Notes: generated by a model not told the origin, from the letters alone. DNA of 64,000 nucleotides from Eledone cirrhosa (GCA_964016885.1 OZ024741.1:340752001-340816000); one strand, 5' to 3'. Positions 16,346-30,758 are shown, numbered from the stretch's first letter. Numbers and translations are program-made.

Positions 16346-16760
16346 TCAAGCAACAATAAACTAATGATGAAGAAATAATTAATGGGTGGGTAAACGGAAC
16401 AGATTTTGATAAGGTGATTAAGACACACGGCACCGGGGTACCTTTTATTTTATAAAATAAAATACTGTCTCGTATTTTTATTTTTTATTTTAATCAAGCT
16501 TAGGAAATTAGTAATGGCTGCCATTGAAAGACAAGTGTGATAGAAATACGGCTGCCATAGAATTGTTTTTAAGGCGGCGAAGTGTCAGAGTTATTTTTAG
16601 AGCGTTGGATTAAAAATGGCTCTCAGTACTCTGAGTTCAAATTCTGTCGAGATCAGTTCATTCTTTCGAGCTCCATAAATAAAGCACCAGTTCAGTACTG
16701 GAATCATTTATTAATTTATCAATCACTTTCTTTTATATACGCACACACACATAATCCCCC

Positions 16761-16833
<73 letters not shown>

Positions 16834-17213
16834 TATCTCTCCCTATCTCTCTCTCTCTCTTTCTCTCCTGTGTTCAGACATCAAGAGAGATAAGTTCAAA
16901 ATATCCAAGACATGCTATGCATTACGACGGCGCCCCTACGACTCCATTAGTAGTTTAATTTTAATAAACTTTAACAACTTGGTAATGGCTGCCAACGAAA
17001 GACAAATCTGATAGAAATACGGCTGTCACAGAATTTGATATAATTAACAAATGGCTGTTGAGAGATCTTGCAATAATGCAATAGTTTTTAGCAGTGAGAG
17101 CGGAATGTAAAATTATTATTTTTATTATTTTGAAAGATGATAGTGGAACGAATTAAAAAGTAAAAGACATAAAAGTGTGTTTCTACGCATATCTCTTCCA
17201 CTCGCTCTCTCTG

Positions 17214-17294
<81 letters not shown>

Positions 17295-17295
<1 letters not shown>

Positions 17296-17496
17296 ACGAA
17301 GGAAATGTGGTAAGGAACCAGGTGGACCATAACGCACCAAAGTACTCAATACTTAGGGTAGTAGAGTGGGTAATAGGAACGAGTAGGACCCCGACGGCTG
17401 AGCTCAAGCCGTTTCGACGGCTAATTCTGGACTACTGTAGTCCAGAATTAGCCGTCGAAACGGCTTGAGCTCAGCCGTCGGGGTCCTACTCGTTCC

Positions 17497-17527
<31 letters not shown>

Positions 17528-17697
17528 ATATATATGGATAATAGGAAAATGTATGACCCCCGATCAGTCAGAGCTCAGGCCGTTTCGAAGGTTATTTCTG
17601 GACATACATTTCCCTATTACTCACTCTACTACCCTAAGTATTGAATACTCTGGTGCGTTATGGTCCATCTGGTTCCTTACCACAACTCCTTCGTTAT
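17295..17697. mobile_element. Family D element with two fold-backs and a truncated HHR (only GAAA, helix III and helix I' retained)
   Basis: ~62-bp arms about 17436 contain CGAAACGGCTTGAGCTCAGCCGTCGGGGTC. 17610-17697 is inverted relative to 17295-17380. Homologous to 37580-37690. Confidence 0.8.
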
Positions 17698-17703
17698 ATA
17701 TAT

Positions 17704-17782
<79 letters not shown>

Positions 17783-17834
17783 CATACATGTATATATATA
17801 TACATACATATATATATATATATATATACATCTA

Positions 17835-18245
17835 GTCTAAAGTCTGTCTTAAGCCAGAAGGCTTTATGGTGTGGAGCGACTGAGAGTACAAGACTGGACA
17901 GGACGCCAGTTCATCGTAGGCATATACCCCAGCAATTGCTGGTACTCATTTTCAGCTGAGTATACTGGTGCAACGTGAAATGAAATGTTTTGCTCAAGAA
18001 CCCACGGTATTGTGGTGGATTGGCAGTATCGGTAGAGGGTCGGGCGCCATGCTTTGCAGCAAAGAGTTACGGCCCTTTATAGTCTGAGTTCAAATCCCGC
18101 CGAAGTTTACTTAGCCTTTGATCCTTACGGGGTCGATAAAATAAAGTACCAGTAATATACTGGGTTAATTGCTAGCCTTGTGCCAAATGTAGAAACAATT
18201 ATGATCGTAAGTCCAACGCCCTTACCACTAGGCCATGTGCCTCCA
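17835..18245 (-). mobile_element. tRNA-derived SINE with CORE/V-domain-like body, interrupted by a nested SINE
   Basis: Minus strand head GGAGGCACATGGCCTAGTGGTAAGGGCG (A box). Body TTCTTGAGCAAAACA...CCAGTATACTCAGCTG and CCTACGATGAACTGGCGTCCTGTCCAG. Domain names are from recall. Confidence 0.65.
18013..18200 (+). mobile_element. tRNA-derived SINE, Meta-domain-like (the dominant SINE in the window)
   Basis: A box TGGCAGTATCGG, B box GAGTTCAAATCC, body GCCTTT.ATCCTTACGGGGTCGATAAAATAAAGTACCAG, (ATT)n-like tail. Other copies or fragments near 3720, 16600, 18575, 19010, 35580, 38070, 38650, 39280, 52042, 57050, 59130, 59400, 59950, 60150, 60670, 60860. Confidence 0.85.
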
Positions 18246-18278
18246 CATATACATATACATACATACATATATATACCT

Positions 18279-18345
<67 letters not shown>

Positions 18346-18347
18346 CA

Positions 18348-19248
18348 CAGTTCAAGAGTAACCAATCTTAAAGAGAGAGATGGAGATAGGAGAGGAGAAG
18401 AGAGACTGGTGAATTAGTTAAACGCCAAAGCGTAAAGGCATGTGCTCAATGTGCAGTGGTAGGCAGCTAGGTGGTTGGGTTCATGCAGAGGGTAGGTGCA
18501 CAAATTTCACAAGGAAGACATTATTAAAAGATTGTCAACATAGTTTTAGTTTAATGGAAGGTATGTAGAGAATAATAATAATGGTTTCTTATATAGGCAC
18601 AAGGCCAGTAATTTGGGGGGGAGGGGAAAGTCGATTAAATCGAAACCAGTGCGTGACTGGTACTTTATTTTATCGACCTCATAAGGATGAAAGGCAAAGT
18701 TAACCTCGGCGGGATTTGAGCTCAGATCATAAAGAGCCGTAACTCTATGCTGCAAAACATGGCGTCCGACCCTCTACCGATACTGCCAATCCACCGCCCA
18801 TATATATGGAACATTACATTCATGTAACCATTTTGTTTACCTTAATTTATATCCCTTTTGAAGTTCCGATGAACTGCTCCAATTTTACCTAAGTTAATTA
18901 TCTTCAACTGAACCAGATCAATAATGATATATAATCATTTGATCCAGAAACATTATATGGAGTAGCGAAACAATTGTAAACGGACATTATTAGTATTATT
19001 ATTATTATCTACGTCCCTTTACGATCTCAGTTCAAATCTCGCTGAGGTTGACTTTGCTTTTCATCCTTACGGGGTCGATAAAATAAAGTACCAGTAATGC
19101 ACTGGGTAATTTCTGGCCTTGTGCCTAACGTAGAAACAATTATTATTATTCTCTACATTCCTTACATTAAACTAAAACTATGTTGACAATCTTTTAATAA
19201 TGTCTTCCTTGTGAAATTTGTGGTCTTGTTTTGCTTAACTAATGAATA
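18348..19248. mobile_element. Family E fold-back element with a SINE in each arm
   Basis: 18497-18580 is inverted relative to 19140-19221. Homologous to 38362-39505. Flanked by (TA)n. Confidence 0.8.
18863..18981 (+). ncRNA. Hammerhead ribozyme, U4C core variant with ~94-nt helix II (family E)
   Basis: GTT-CCGATGA-ACTGCTCCA...TGGAGTAGC-GAAA-CAATTG-TA-AAC. Confidence 0.7.
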
Positions 19249-19322
19249 TGTATATATATATATATATAAATTAAGAAAAACAATGAATAAAAACAAAGAA
19301 CAAGTTCCTTATATTAAAAAAT

Positions 19323-19458
19323 TCATCATTTTACGATCGTTTCTAGGATATATATGTGTGTTGGTATGTATATCATATAGATCTATGTAAAAATATTACA
19401 AACTATCATAGGAAATATACATACCTTCACATATATATGCTGTCTTCAGAAATAATGA
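19323..19458 (-). ncRNA. Hammerhead ribozyme with ~99-nt helix II (family F, left arm)
   Basis: Minus strand: TCATTATTT-CTGAAGA-[long hairpin]-GAAA-CGATCG-TA-AAATGATGA. Confidence 0.8.
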
Positions 19459-20279
19459 GATTTGTTTATTGAAAAAAACCAACAAAGATTTAATATAATA
19501 GGTCTTTTTGGGAACAGGTTTTGAATTGACCAATAGAAAAGTAGTAAGAGGTCAAGTTGATAGAATAATAGTAGTAGAAATTTAATTTAGGGGTAGAGGA
19601 ATGCAGACTTATGTTTTGAATGGAGAGAATACTTTGAATGAAAAGAATACTTTGGGGATGAAAAGAGGTCAAGCCGGTGAAGGGTACACGAAAATTTGAT
19701 GTTATTAAAGAATAATGTTAATGTTAAAACCGAAGGAGAGTAAAATTTTAGGGTAAAGGTATTAGTGAGAAATACCAATCTTATTTAAAACACAAGGAAT
19801 TTAGATCTATAACAAGAAATTAAATTAATTGATAGGTATACTTATAGGGATAAATTTATATTAATTCATATGGATGTGATAAATAAGAATTAGATGTTAT
19901 TAAAGAATGTTGTTAAAAACGAAGGAAAATAACATTTTGGGATAAGTGTAGTAGGGAGAACTACCAATCTTATATAGACTACAAGGAATCTAGATTCATA
20001 ACAGGAAATTAAATTAATTTATATGTATACTTTTAAGTATTAATTTTAGGAAAAGAGAGCTGTAAGAGGGAAATAAAATTATGAAGTTTTCTGTAGTAAA
20101 GTACTAATTATAGGTTAACTAAATTTAAAAAACTAATTATAATAATATGTAAAATATAAGTGTAAGGTGTATATTAATTAGTTTTATAATATTTGAAAGT
20201 TCTTCTAATTCTATGATTGCAAGATATAATTAATTCTTGTCGCTTATTTAATAGGATATCATTAGATTTCATTATTTCA

Positions 20280-20535
20280 AAAATATAATACTAAAAAACA
20301 TAATACTAAAATAAACCGCAACAAACCACCATCTTCACATATAACAAGTCGAGTAAATTCCACACCAAATTTGACTAACTCCCCTGATATAATATTCACG
20401 AATGGTTGTAACTGTAGAAACAAAAGAAATTGCCCATTAAAAGGAAATTGTCTTATTAATAACATAGTATATAAATGTAAAATTAGCACTAAGGACTCCA
20501 CTTATTCATATATAGGAGCTACGTCTAACCAATTT
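20280..20535 (+). pseudogene. PLE GIY-YIG endonuclease fragment
   Basis: Manual translation: NGCNCRNKRNCPLKGNCLINNIVYKCKISTKDSTYSYIGATSNQF (CxC-x4-CPL linker plus IVY...YIG). Confidence 0.88.
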
Positions 20536-20977
20536 AATAACATCTAATTCTTATTTATCACATCCATATGAATTAATATAAATTTATCCCTATAAGTATA
20601 CCTATCAATTAATTTAATTTCTTGTTATAGATCTAAATTCCTTGTGTTTTAAATAAGATTTGTATTTCTCACTAATACCTTTACCCTAAAATTTTACTTT
20701 CCTTCGGTTTTAACATTAACATTATTCTTTAATAACATCAAATTTTCGTGTACCCTTCCCCGGCTTGACCTTTTTCATCTCCAAAGTATTCTTTTCATTC
20801 AAAGTATTCTTTCCATTCAAAACATAAGTCTGCATTCCTCTACCCCTAAATTAAATTTCTACTACTACTATTCTATCAATTTGACCTCTTACTACTTTTC
20901 TATTGGTCAATTCAAAACCTGTTCCCCAAAAGACCTATTAAATTAAATCTTTGTTGGTTTTTTTCAATAAACAAATC

Positions 20978-21113
20978 TCATTATTTCTGAAGACAGCATA
21001 TATATGTGAAGGTATGTATATTTCCTATGATAGTTTGTAATATTTTTACATAGATCTATATGATATACATACCAAGACACATATATATCCTAGAAACAAT
21101 CGTAAAATGATGA
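20978..21113 (+). ncRNA. Hammerhead ribozyme with 99-nt helix II (family F, right arm)
   Basis: TCATTATTT-CTGAAGA-CAGCATATATATGTG..GGTATGTATAT...ATATACATACC..CACATATATATCCTA-GAAA-CAATCG-TA-AAATGATGA. Confidence 0.8.
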
Positions 21114-21292
21114 ATTTTTTAATATAAGGAACTTGTTCTTTGTTTTTATTCATTGTTTTATTAATTTATCTTGACTCTTTTCCTGTGATTTCCATCGAAA
21201 AATTTTGAATGCATCTTCTCTTTTCATGATATTTGGATTACATTGAGTTCTTCATACGGATTGGACACTACGTATATTTTGGTAGATTTATC

Positions 21293-21329
<37 letters not shown>

Positions 21330-21459
21330 TGTATGTATATATATATATATACATGTATGTATATATATATGTATGTATGTATATATGTATGTATATATAT
21401 ATGTATATATATGTATATATACATACATGTATGTATATATATATATATGTATATGTATA

Positions 21460-21598
<139 letters not shown>

Positions 21599-21724
21599 GT
21601 GTATATATATATAAACATATATATACATATAAACATATATATATATATATACATATATATATATGTATTTATATATATACATATATATATATACATATAT
21701 ATATATGTGTATATATATGTATAC

Positions 21725-21837
<113 letters not shown>

Positions 21838-21919
21838 AGAGCGGTGCCCCAGCATGGCCCCAGCCGGATGGCTGGAACAGGTAAAAGTGTAAAATAGTAT
21901 ATGTATATATACATCTATC

Positions 21920-24587
21920 TATCTAAGGCGGGTAAAATTCCCGAGATCCATGGACGAGTTCTCTCCAGCGGTCTCTGTCCCTCATTATCGCTGCCATGTC
22001 CTGCGTCTCCAACAGACCAGTGTCTGTCCTTGGGGCATCAACATACGTTAAGCTTGGTCTTCCTCTTTCAGTGTGTCCATGCAGAGGCTCCCACAGGAGC
22101 ACTGAGTGCAGTGTCAACTCTGGATGTCGGTGAGCATGTCCAGCTAACGTCACTCTCCTCTGTGTCACTTTTGAGCTGACGTTTGGGAGGCTCCCATACA
22201 GCTCTGAGTTTTTCATCCTCAGTGTATACTGATTAATGTTCAGAGCCATCCTCAGCATTCTCGTGTAGCACCCATCCACCATCTGAATGAGTTTCTTGGT
22301 CAGTGTCCAAGTCTCAGACCCATACAGCAGCACAGACTCCACTACAGCAATGAAGAGGCGGATTTTCAGGTCTCTACGAAGGTCCGACTTCCACACCGAC
22401 ACACCGATCTCAAGCTGTGGCACGCCGCCCAGGCCTTGCTCTTCCTCTCAACCACATCATCTTCCGTATTCCCAATCTTTGCTCCCAAATACAAGAAGTC
22501 CTCAACCAATTCCAGTGGCTTCCCGCCTACATTAGTGATCCCCTCTGGCTTCTCAACATTCTCTACCAGACATTTTGTCGTAATCTCATTCATTCTCAGC
22601 CCCACACTCATCGACACAGTCTCAATTTCCTGCATAAAATCCTCTTCCTCCTTCTCTGCATTTGTCACCAAAACTATGTCGTTGGCAAATTCAGTATCTG
22701 ATATATTTTTCGCCTTAACTCTTCTGCTCTGAGCCGGTGTTACAGTAAAGCCAGAGTCCTGGTGTTTCTCCAGTGCAAGGCTCATACAATAGTCCACTAC
22801 GATGATAAAAAGGTAAGGAGGCAATGTATCACCCTGGAGAACTCTAGCCAGTATCTCAAAGAACACATCAGGTGTAATGACTTGGGCTTCGGTGTTGGTG
22901 TAGAGCAGTGATATCAGGTCCACTATCTTCTTGGGGATTCCATAAGCCTGTAAGATCTTCATCAGTTAGTGACGGTCCCCAGAATCAAAGGCCTTCCTAA
23001 AGTCAATGAAAACCATGACCACAGGAAGGCATTTTGCTCTAGCTCCCTCTAATATCCTCCTCAGCATCAGGATGTGACTGGTGGTTGATCTTCCCTCTCT
23101 GAAGTCGTTCTGGTTGTCCCTGAGCTTCTTCTCCATCTCGCGAAGGGATCCTGTTGAGGGTCTTTGCCACAAGTGACGTCAGTGAGATCCCCCTGTAGTT
23201 GTTGGTGTTAGAGAGATCTCCCTTCTTTGGCACTGGGACGATGTTACTGATCCTCCACTGATTCGGGGCAACTCCCTTCTCCAGTGCCTGGTTACAGAGG
23301 AGAGAACCCCCGGGGTTCACACTACTTCATCACACTACTTCATCACCTCTGATGCCACTCCATCTTCTCCATGAGCCTTGCCCTCCTTGATCTTCTTCTT
23401 GGCTCTCTGAAGCTCCTCTCTGGTGAAGGGCTCTGTCTCAATATCCAGTTCTTCAAACAGCCGCCTGATCTCCCCAGTGTTCTGGGCTGTGTAGGGCGGC
23501 TCTCCTAGTAGGGTCCTAAAATGGTTTAGCCATTTCCCCTTCCTATCCCTGGGCCCTGTTCCCTGGATCTGACTCGAACACCTTCTCTTCCTCCCTATGA
23601 TATCGTTGATGATCATCCAGCTCTCCTTATATCCAGACTTGCCAACCGCTCTCTCCACACTTCTGATCTTCTCTATCAGTGCCTCCTCTCTGGTCTCAGT
23701 GTAAGTGGTACAGAGTTCTTTCCTCATCACCTCCACATTATCCTTCCTCTCCTCCATAGGATCACATATAATTGGTCATTCGCAGCTTTCAGGTGTTCTC
23801 TGGCTGCACACACTTTTGGGTCTGCAGAGCTGACGTTCTTCCTTTTGTTCTTTCTCCTCGGCACCAGGGTATCATTTGCTTCCGCCACTGCATTGGTGAA
23901 GTACCCGTACCTCATCGTCACACTTTCCTCAGTCCATCCAATCTCTCTCTCCCTCTCCTCTGTCTCTCCATACAGAGCACTGAACCTGTTCCTCACTTCC
24001 ACTGTGAACCTCTCCTGTAGCTTATCATCTTCCTTGAAAGCTCCCCAGTCCTAGATTGCTCTCCAGGGCCGAGCCTTGCTCTTTCTTAAGCTCATCCGGA
24101 CCTCACTCATAACAAGCCGGTGGTCACTACCCAGTGTACTGAAATAGTTGTATGGTTCTGTGTTCAGAACATTATTCCGCCACTTTTTCCTCACCAGAAT
24201 GAAATCAATCTGGGACTTGGACAGGTGCACATCTGAGATGTAGGTCCACAGCTTCCCCGGATTCTTCCTAAACCTTAGGTTAGTCGCTATCAAATTCACC
24301 TCCAGCAGGGTGTCTCTCAGTAGTCTCAATTTCAGTTGGTCTTGTTATGGAAGTACCAGCAAGGATCTTCACTGACCTCCTTACTCAGATGTGCATTGAA
24401 GTGCCCCAGAACAAGCAGGATGTCGTGTGCTTGTGTGATGTTGACAGCTCTACATACCTCCTCATGGAAATTTTCCGCACTCACATCACTGTCTCCCTCG
24501 GCTGGACTATAGGCTGAGATGACTGTCAGTCTTGGGTTTCCATTCAACACTCGCGGGGAGACAGGCATTATTTCCATCACCAATAGA

Positions 24588-24590
<3 letters not shown>
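21920..24590 (-). mobile_element. Decayed RTE/RTE-X-clade LINE (APE endonuclease + reverse transcriptase, frameshifted)
   Basis: ORF pieces: [101 protein letters not shown]. Flanked by (TA)n. Confidence 0.93.
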
Positions 24591-24676
<86 letters not shown>

Positions 24677-24729
24677 CATACATATATATATATATACATC
24701 TACATATATATATATATGTATATACATAT

Positions 24730-24800
<71 letters not shown>

Positions 24801-24869
24801 CATACATGTATATATGTATACACACACACACATATATATATATATATTTATATATATAGATATATATAT

Positions 24870-25445
24870 AAATTAGGATTGGAGCTCTGAAATAGTGATG
24901 TATACATGAATGTATGTCTAATATATTTGGCAATATACCGTATGTTTAATTAAAAATATTTTGAAGACCTTGCGCTATTATTTTTAAAGTAGTGACTATG
25001 TCACTTACTTCTTTTTTCAGCAAAAAAAAAGGGAGAAAAGCTGGCAGATTCTGTTTCACGCTGTTGGCGATCCTCAGAGCATCATACTCCCAAACTTTGC
25101 CGAAAATTATAGAGGCTGGATTCTTATAGATTTCCAGTAATAATCAGGAACTGATTATACAGAGCGATGGCCGGTCCAGCAATCAGATCACCAATCCTAA
25201 TTTTTTATTTTTGCTGGACCGGCATCGCTCTGTATAATCAGTTCCTAATTATTACTGGAATTCTATAAGAATCGATGCTCTGAGGATCGCCAACAGCGTG
25301 ACACAGAATCTGTCAGCTTCTCTCCCTTTTTTTTTGCTGAAAAAAGAAGTAACATTGTCACTACTTTAAAAATGATAGCGCAAGGTCTTCAAAATGTTTT
25401 TAATTAAACATACGGTATATTACCAAATATACTATACATACATTC
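24870..25445. mobile_element. Family A-related fold-back element with canonical-core HHRs (25040-25080 on -, 25277-25317 on +)
   Basis: GCT-CTGAGGA-TCGCCAACAGCGT-GAAA-CAGAATCTG-TC-AGC consensus. The left arm has CC for TC, the right arm GACA for GAAA. Confidence 0.82.
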
Positions 25446-25625
25446 ATATATATATATATATATATATTTTTTTTTTTTTAAAAGTATATGTTGGTTGTAT
25501 ACCAACACCTCACTATGCAGATTGGAGCACTCGACGAAGTGCGCAGGTTGATTTGGTTACTCCGGAGTAATGTAAAATAAAATAAAATAAATAATTCAAA
25601 TGTTTAAAATTCGGCTTCGTTTATT

Positions 25626-25680
25626 ACTGCTATATATATTTCGGTGACAGCCATCTTTGGCTGTGACCTCCTCAGGCAGT
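25626..25680 (-). ncRNA. Canonical type I hammerhead ribozyme (family G; island ~25480-25870 with terminal hairpin ~25708-25870)
   Basis: Minus strand: ACTGC-CTGAGGA-GGTCACAGCCA(AAGA)TGGCTGTCACC-GAAA-TATATA-TA-GCAGT. Confidence 0.9.
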
Positions 25681-26328
25681 CCGAATTAGTGTGGTAGAGA
25701 CGAGTACACATGTTGTTTAGGTGTATAACTTTGTCAGTACTCTGATATGCCCAGCTCCTGGTTGGGTTGTTATTTCACTGATATGATTCCAGTTCCTCAG
25801 TGAAATAACAACCCAACCAGGAACTGGGCATATCAGAGTACTGACAAAGTTATACATCTCAACAACATGTTTATTTATTATTAATTAATTATTTTAAAAA
25901 ATTTCAAAGTTTAAAATATCCGAATATTTCTAATCTCATGGAATTTCCGAGAGTTTACAGAAGAATAATCCCTTATTTGTAATAGCAGTAGATCGTTAAG
26001 GAAATTGCTAGCGATTTATTAATAATTTAGATAGCTCTAAGGATTAAATGCTATAAAGTTAAGATGTTAAAAAATGTTAATTATCCATCTTAATAATGTA
26101 ATTAGAGTATGAATTTTATGTTATTTTATAGCAAGTTATAAATTCATAACTCTAACCTGTTATACAGTTATGACTGTTAAAAACATAAATTCTTTTCTAT
26201 AACGTGTTAACATTTAAAAATTCATTCATTGGAATATATCCAAAGCATAAACCATAAAAAAATCTTTCATAAGAGTACATCTGTAGAATATATTTAAAGT
26301 ATAAATTTCATATATATATAAACATTTT

Positions 26329-26479
<151 letters not shown>

Positions 26480-26599
26480 CAAGCATTTGAAAAATATATA
26501 AATACAAAATATACAATATAAAATATTTTCAAGATAGTTATAAGCAATCATATGAAGGAATCCAATGAATTATCGATAGGTTTAATAAAGATGAGTTAT

Positions 26600-28380
26600 G
26601 TATTACAATGTATATATATATTTAAACATTGAGTTCAATCTATGTTTGCAAGAACTGAAAAGATTACTTCTTAAATTAACAGAATTTTTACTTTTTAATA
26701 TAAAGAATATTTCCTCTATACAAAGAGCGCAATTTTCAGAAGAAACATTGAATGGAGGAGCTTTAGAGATAATATTCAAAAGTAAAGAATAGTTAGTGTT
26801 AGTAAATTAGATAGAGAAGTTGAAGATTTTTTATTTATATTCGTAAAAGACCATTTATGGTTATTAAAACGAGCCTTAAAATCTGTGGAGGTAGACCCTA
26901 CATAATTAAATGAATTTAAATTAGTTTTTACATTACAATTATATACTATATTTTTAACTAAACAATTGTTATTTAACGGACAGTTAGATTTATTTCTACA
27001 GTTACATTTATCAAAATTTGAGTTTCTATGTGCCGTATTATTCAGTTGGATATTGCTGGGGTTATTAATGGTATTCTGGTAAGGTTTTAAGTTTCTATTA
27101 ATATTCTGCGCTAAATTACTGGTGGTTGAATACGTTAGTTTTATAATATGTCTATTAAATATTGAGTAATACCTATGTGTTCTAGGGAAGCATTTATCTC
27201 GAGCTTTAAAGAATAATTTATCAATAGGAGTTTTAATACTTAATAAGAAAGGAGGATCGAACCATAATATATTCCTAGTTCTATTTCTTTTTTTTTGTTT
27301 TTCGAATTATTGTTTTTCGAACTATTATAGTTGTTAAAATTATAGTTATTTGTCATATCATTACTATCAATGTATTTAATTTTATTGCTCTACCTAACGC
27401 TTCGTTATAATATTGCGCTTTATCTTCAAAAATATACTTATTAGCTGAAATTCTAGAAATACGTTGCTGCACAGAGTTTACTATAGTATTTTTAACGGAT
27501 CTGGGGTGATTTGAATTAAAATTAACGTAGTTTAAATTCTCGTTTATTTTGTGAAATGAATAATAAAGACCTGTGTTAAGGTTTAAAGTTACATCTAGAA
27601 AGTTAACTATTTTATAATTATTCTCTATTTCTACTTTAAGATTAAGGTAATTAAAAAATTGTATAATTTCTTTTCTTTTCCTATTTATTTCACAGTTATT
27701 ATTATTTTCTATAAGTAATAGCATATCATCGCGATATAAACCTCCGGTCATCTCCGGTATTTTCCTATGTAGAGTATTATTAATAAAAAGCTCCACAAGA
27801 TCCGTTATTTGGGCGGAGTCCGATGACCCCATAGTGATATCGAAATTATTATCTCTGTCTACTCTAGTACAGAGGTGGTTGTTAAATTTAATTAATGTTT
27901 TCCGTGCAGTTAAGATAATGCGCATTTCATTACTAGTTAAGTTTGTATGTTTAAATGCATATGTTAGGGCTTTGTTAAGTAGATTAGGAGTGATGGATGA
28001 GTAATAATTAGCAATATCCAATTGAATAAACTTATTATTATAGTTATATTTAATGTCTTTAAACCAGTCGATAACTTCGTTAGTTCCTTTCCATAATTTT
28101 AAATAAGATAATTCCTTAATCTGTGGTATGATTCTGTCTAACATGTTCTTGCTAAGTATGCCAAGGTCCGATTTAGATGGTGCAATTAATCTAACTGGTA
28201 ATTCAATTTCAAAATTCCTTTTATGGTCCTTCATATTAATTTTTGGTTTTCTTGGCATGAAGGGTTGTGTCCTATTTTCAATGTCTAATTCTTGCATTAT
28301 GTATTCAATTTTTCAAGGTCATCATAAGTTGTCTTTTTGTATTTCTTCCTTAATTCCTTTAATATAAGATCGCTGTAATT
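26600..28380 (-). pseudogene. Penelope-like element ORF (RT + C-terminal GIY-YIG), frameshifted and 5'-truncated
   Basis: ORF 27353-28297 has IQLDIANYY, ITMGS, LYRDDML, VNFLDVTL, SNHP. Downstream manual translation gives KCNCRNKSNCPL..IVYNC..YVGSTSTDFKARFNNH..FSSCKH. Confidence 0.93.
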
Positions 28381-28464
28381 ATCCTTTTGCATTCCATTGT
28401 TGGTTTTATCTATATTCTGGTTTTATCTGTATTTATATATATTCTGGTTTTATCTGTCAATATT

Positions 28465-28594
28465 TATTTATAAAACTAACCTATATTATATTTTATCTGA
28501 TGAAAGCGCACCATAGTTTGCTCTGGTGGCCCTTTAAATATGTATAATGAAATAAATATGGTTTTATAAATATAGTTTCCATTTGTTAATATAT

Positions 28595-28680
<86 letters not shown>

Positions 28681-28691
28681 AATATATATAT

Positions 28692-28756
<65 letters not shown>

Positions 28757-28805
28757 ATATTAACAAATGGAAACTATATTTATAAAACCATATTTATTTC
28801 ATTAT
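28465..28805 (+). mobile_element. Inverted family B pseudo-LTR at the 5' truncation of the PLE, with degenerate HHR (28491-28552)
   Basis: TTTTAT-CTGATGA-AAGCGCACCA..TGGTGGCCCTT-TAAA-TATGTA-TA-ATGAAA (GAAA mutated). A short inverted copy lies at 28752-28805. Confidence 0.75.
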
Positions 28806-28945
28806 ATATATATATACACACATATATATATATACATGTATATATATATATATGTTTATATATATATATGAATGTATGTATAGTATATTTGGCAATATAC
28901 CGTATATATATTCATATATATATATATATACATGTATATATATGA

Positions 28946-29008
<63 letters not shown>

Positions 29009-29138
29009 TAAATGTATATATATATATATATATATATATATGAATAAATGTATATATATATATATATATATATGAATATATGTATATATATATATATATA
29101 TATGAATAAATGTATATATATATATATATATATATGAA

Positions 29139-29176
<38 letters not shown>

Positions 29177-29242
29177 TATATGTATATATATATATATGAA
29201 TATATGTATATATATATGAATATATGTATATATATATATGAA

Positions 29243-29302
<60 letters not shown>

Positions 29303-29334
29303 TATATGTATATATATATATATATATATATGAA

Positions 29335-29444
<110 letters not shown>

Positions 29445-29474
29445 TATATGTATATATATATATATATATATGAA

Positions 29475-29505
<31 letters not shown>

Positions 29506-29508
29506 GAA

Positions 29509-29574
<66 letters not shown>

Positions 29575-29600
29575 TATATGTATATATATATATATATGAA

Positions 29601-29651
<51 letters not shown>

Positions 29652-30044
29652 ACATATATGAATATATATATATACATATATATATATTATATATATATAT
29701 ACATATACATACATATGTGTGTGTGTATGTGTGTGTGTTCTCACGCACAAAAAAAGTAAGTAGACAGTGTCAGAAATGCGGAGATGGATGAATAGTTACA
29801 TACATACACAACGGTGCTGTCAACAACTGACGGAGAGAACAGTTTTAAAATGTTTTTTCTATTATTTACAATCAGGCAAATCTAACTGAATATAGTTGAG
29901 TAACTAAGATATTATGTTATAAAAGCCAGAGAAATACCTTTTACCCACCAATATCGCACCATTCAGACAGGATTATATAAATTACTTTTCATCACAGGTG
30001 ATTTCCTTTCTTATATCATGACTAATACATTTACAAACAACGCC

Positions 30045-30245
30045 CAAATCTGGCACCTGAATATTTGGCGTCCTAGGCTAGTTCTACAATGTCTGAGTAT
30101 TTAGTGCCCTGAGCTAGCTCTACGGCGTACATCAGGGTATCTAGCGCTCTGGGTTAGCCCTGCAATGCGTGTCTGGTTATCTTTTACCCTAAGTAGCTTT
30201 ACAATATGTGTCTGGGTATTTAGTGCCCTAGGCACGCCTTACAAT
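30045..30245. repeat. Degenerate ~40-bp tandem repeat
   Basis: Recurrent CTG(G/A)GTATTTAG(T/C)GCCCT..GCTAG.TCTAC-like units. Confidence 0.55.
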
Positions 30246-30646
30246 GTACCCCTTCCCAGTTATGCGACCTATCCTCCGACATAAAATAATTTCAACGCAC
30301 AGTTTGCAAAGCTGACGAATCTAATTTTTGACACTTCTTGCTTTTACCACACTAAGCCCGCATTTTCCACTACACGGGCTGCATTCACTGTCACCAAATC
30401 ATGTTATATATATATACATATATATATATGGGATAACAAGTTATCGCCATAGGTAATCCAGTTAGAGGTTGTGAATACTCTGCGTCGTGGATAATTTTAA
30501 CGTACGGCTTTGTTTGACTCAACAAGATGTTTCCATGGTTATGCAGCGAGTTCGTGGTTATTCCTATGCAGGTTATACTTGGCGTAATAATGGTGAAAGA
30601 AAGAAGAGTAACATGGTTGGCTGTACAATAAGGGGCTTTATTTCAA

Positions 30647-30758
30647 GTACTGACAATTGTTTCATTGATCAGGTGTGTCTACAGGTCGCTAATTCGCTTG
30701 AAGTTGCTTCACTCGATCTCCAATACATTATTTACCACTGATCAACACATCAAAGTAC
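30647..30758 (-). ncRNA. Degenerate hammerhead with ~83-nt helix II (family H, island ~30430-30780)
   Basis: Minus strand: GTACT-TTGATGT-GTTGATCAG...CTGATCAAT-GAAA-CAATTG-TC-AGTAC. All three helices are intact, but the core has two deviations. Confidence 0.65.

Larger units (their letters stand above)
19268..21292. mobile_element. Penelope-like element remnant, family F (~630-bp inverted arms around a GIY-YIG fragment)
   Basis: 19270-19900 is the reverse complement of 20535-21170. One HHR per arm. The spacer holds endonuclease coding sequence. Confidence 0.88.

Noticed and set aside
5361-16433. Cys/Gly-rich 'keratin-associated/metallothionein-like' and poly-Val 'membrane' ORFs on the minus strand
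   Set aside because: They are alternative frames of the 54-bp minisatellite, and they swap frames at every 53-bp unit.
16510-17035. ~55-bp direct repeat (16511 and 16982) containing CTGATAGAAA as a possible hammerhead
   Set aside because: There is no helix II or helix I pairing. It is just a local duplication.
27353-28297. Intact, active PLE gene or telomerase-like RT
   Set aside because: The ORF is 5'-truncated and separated from its GIY-YIG domain by frameshifts and stops. No intact autonomous copy is in this window.
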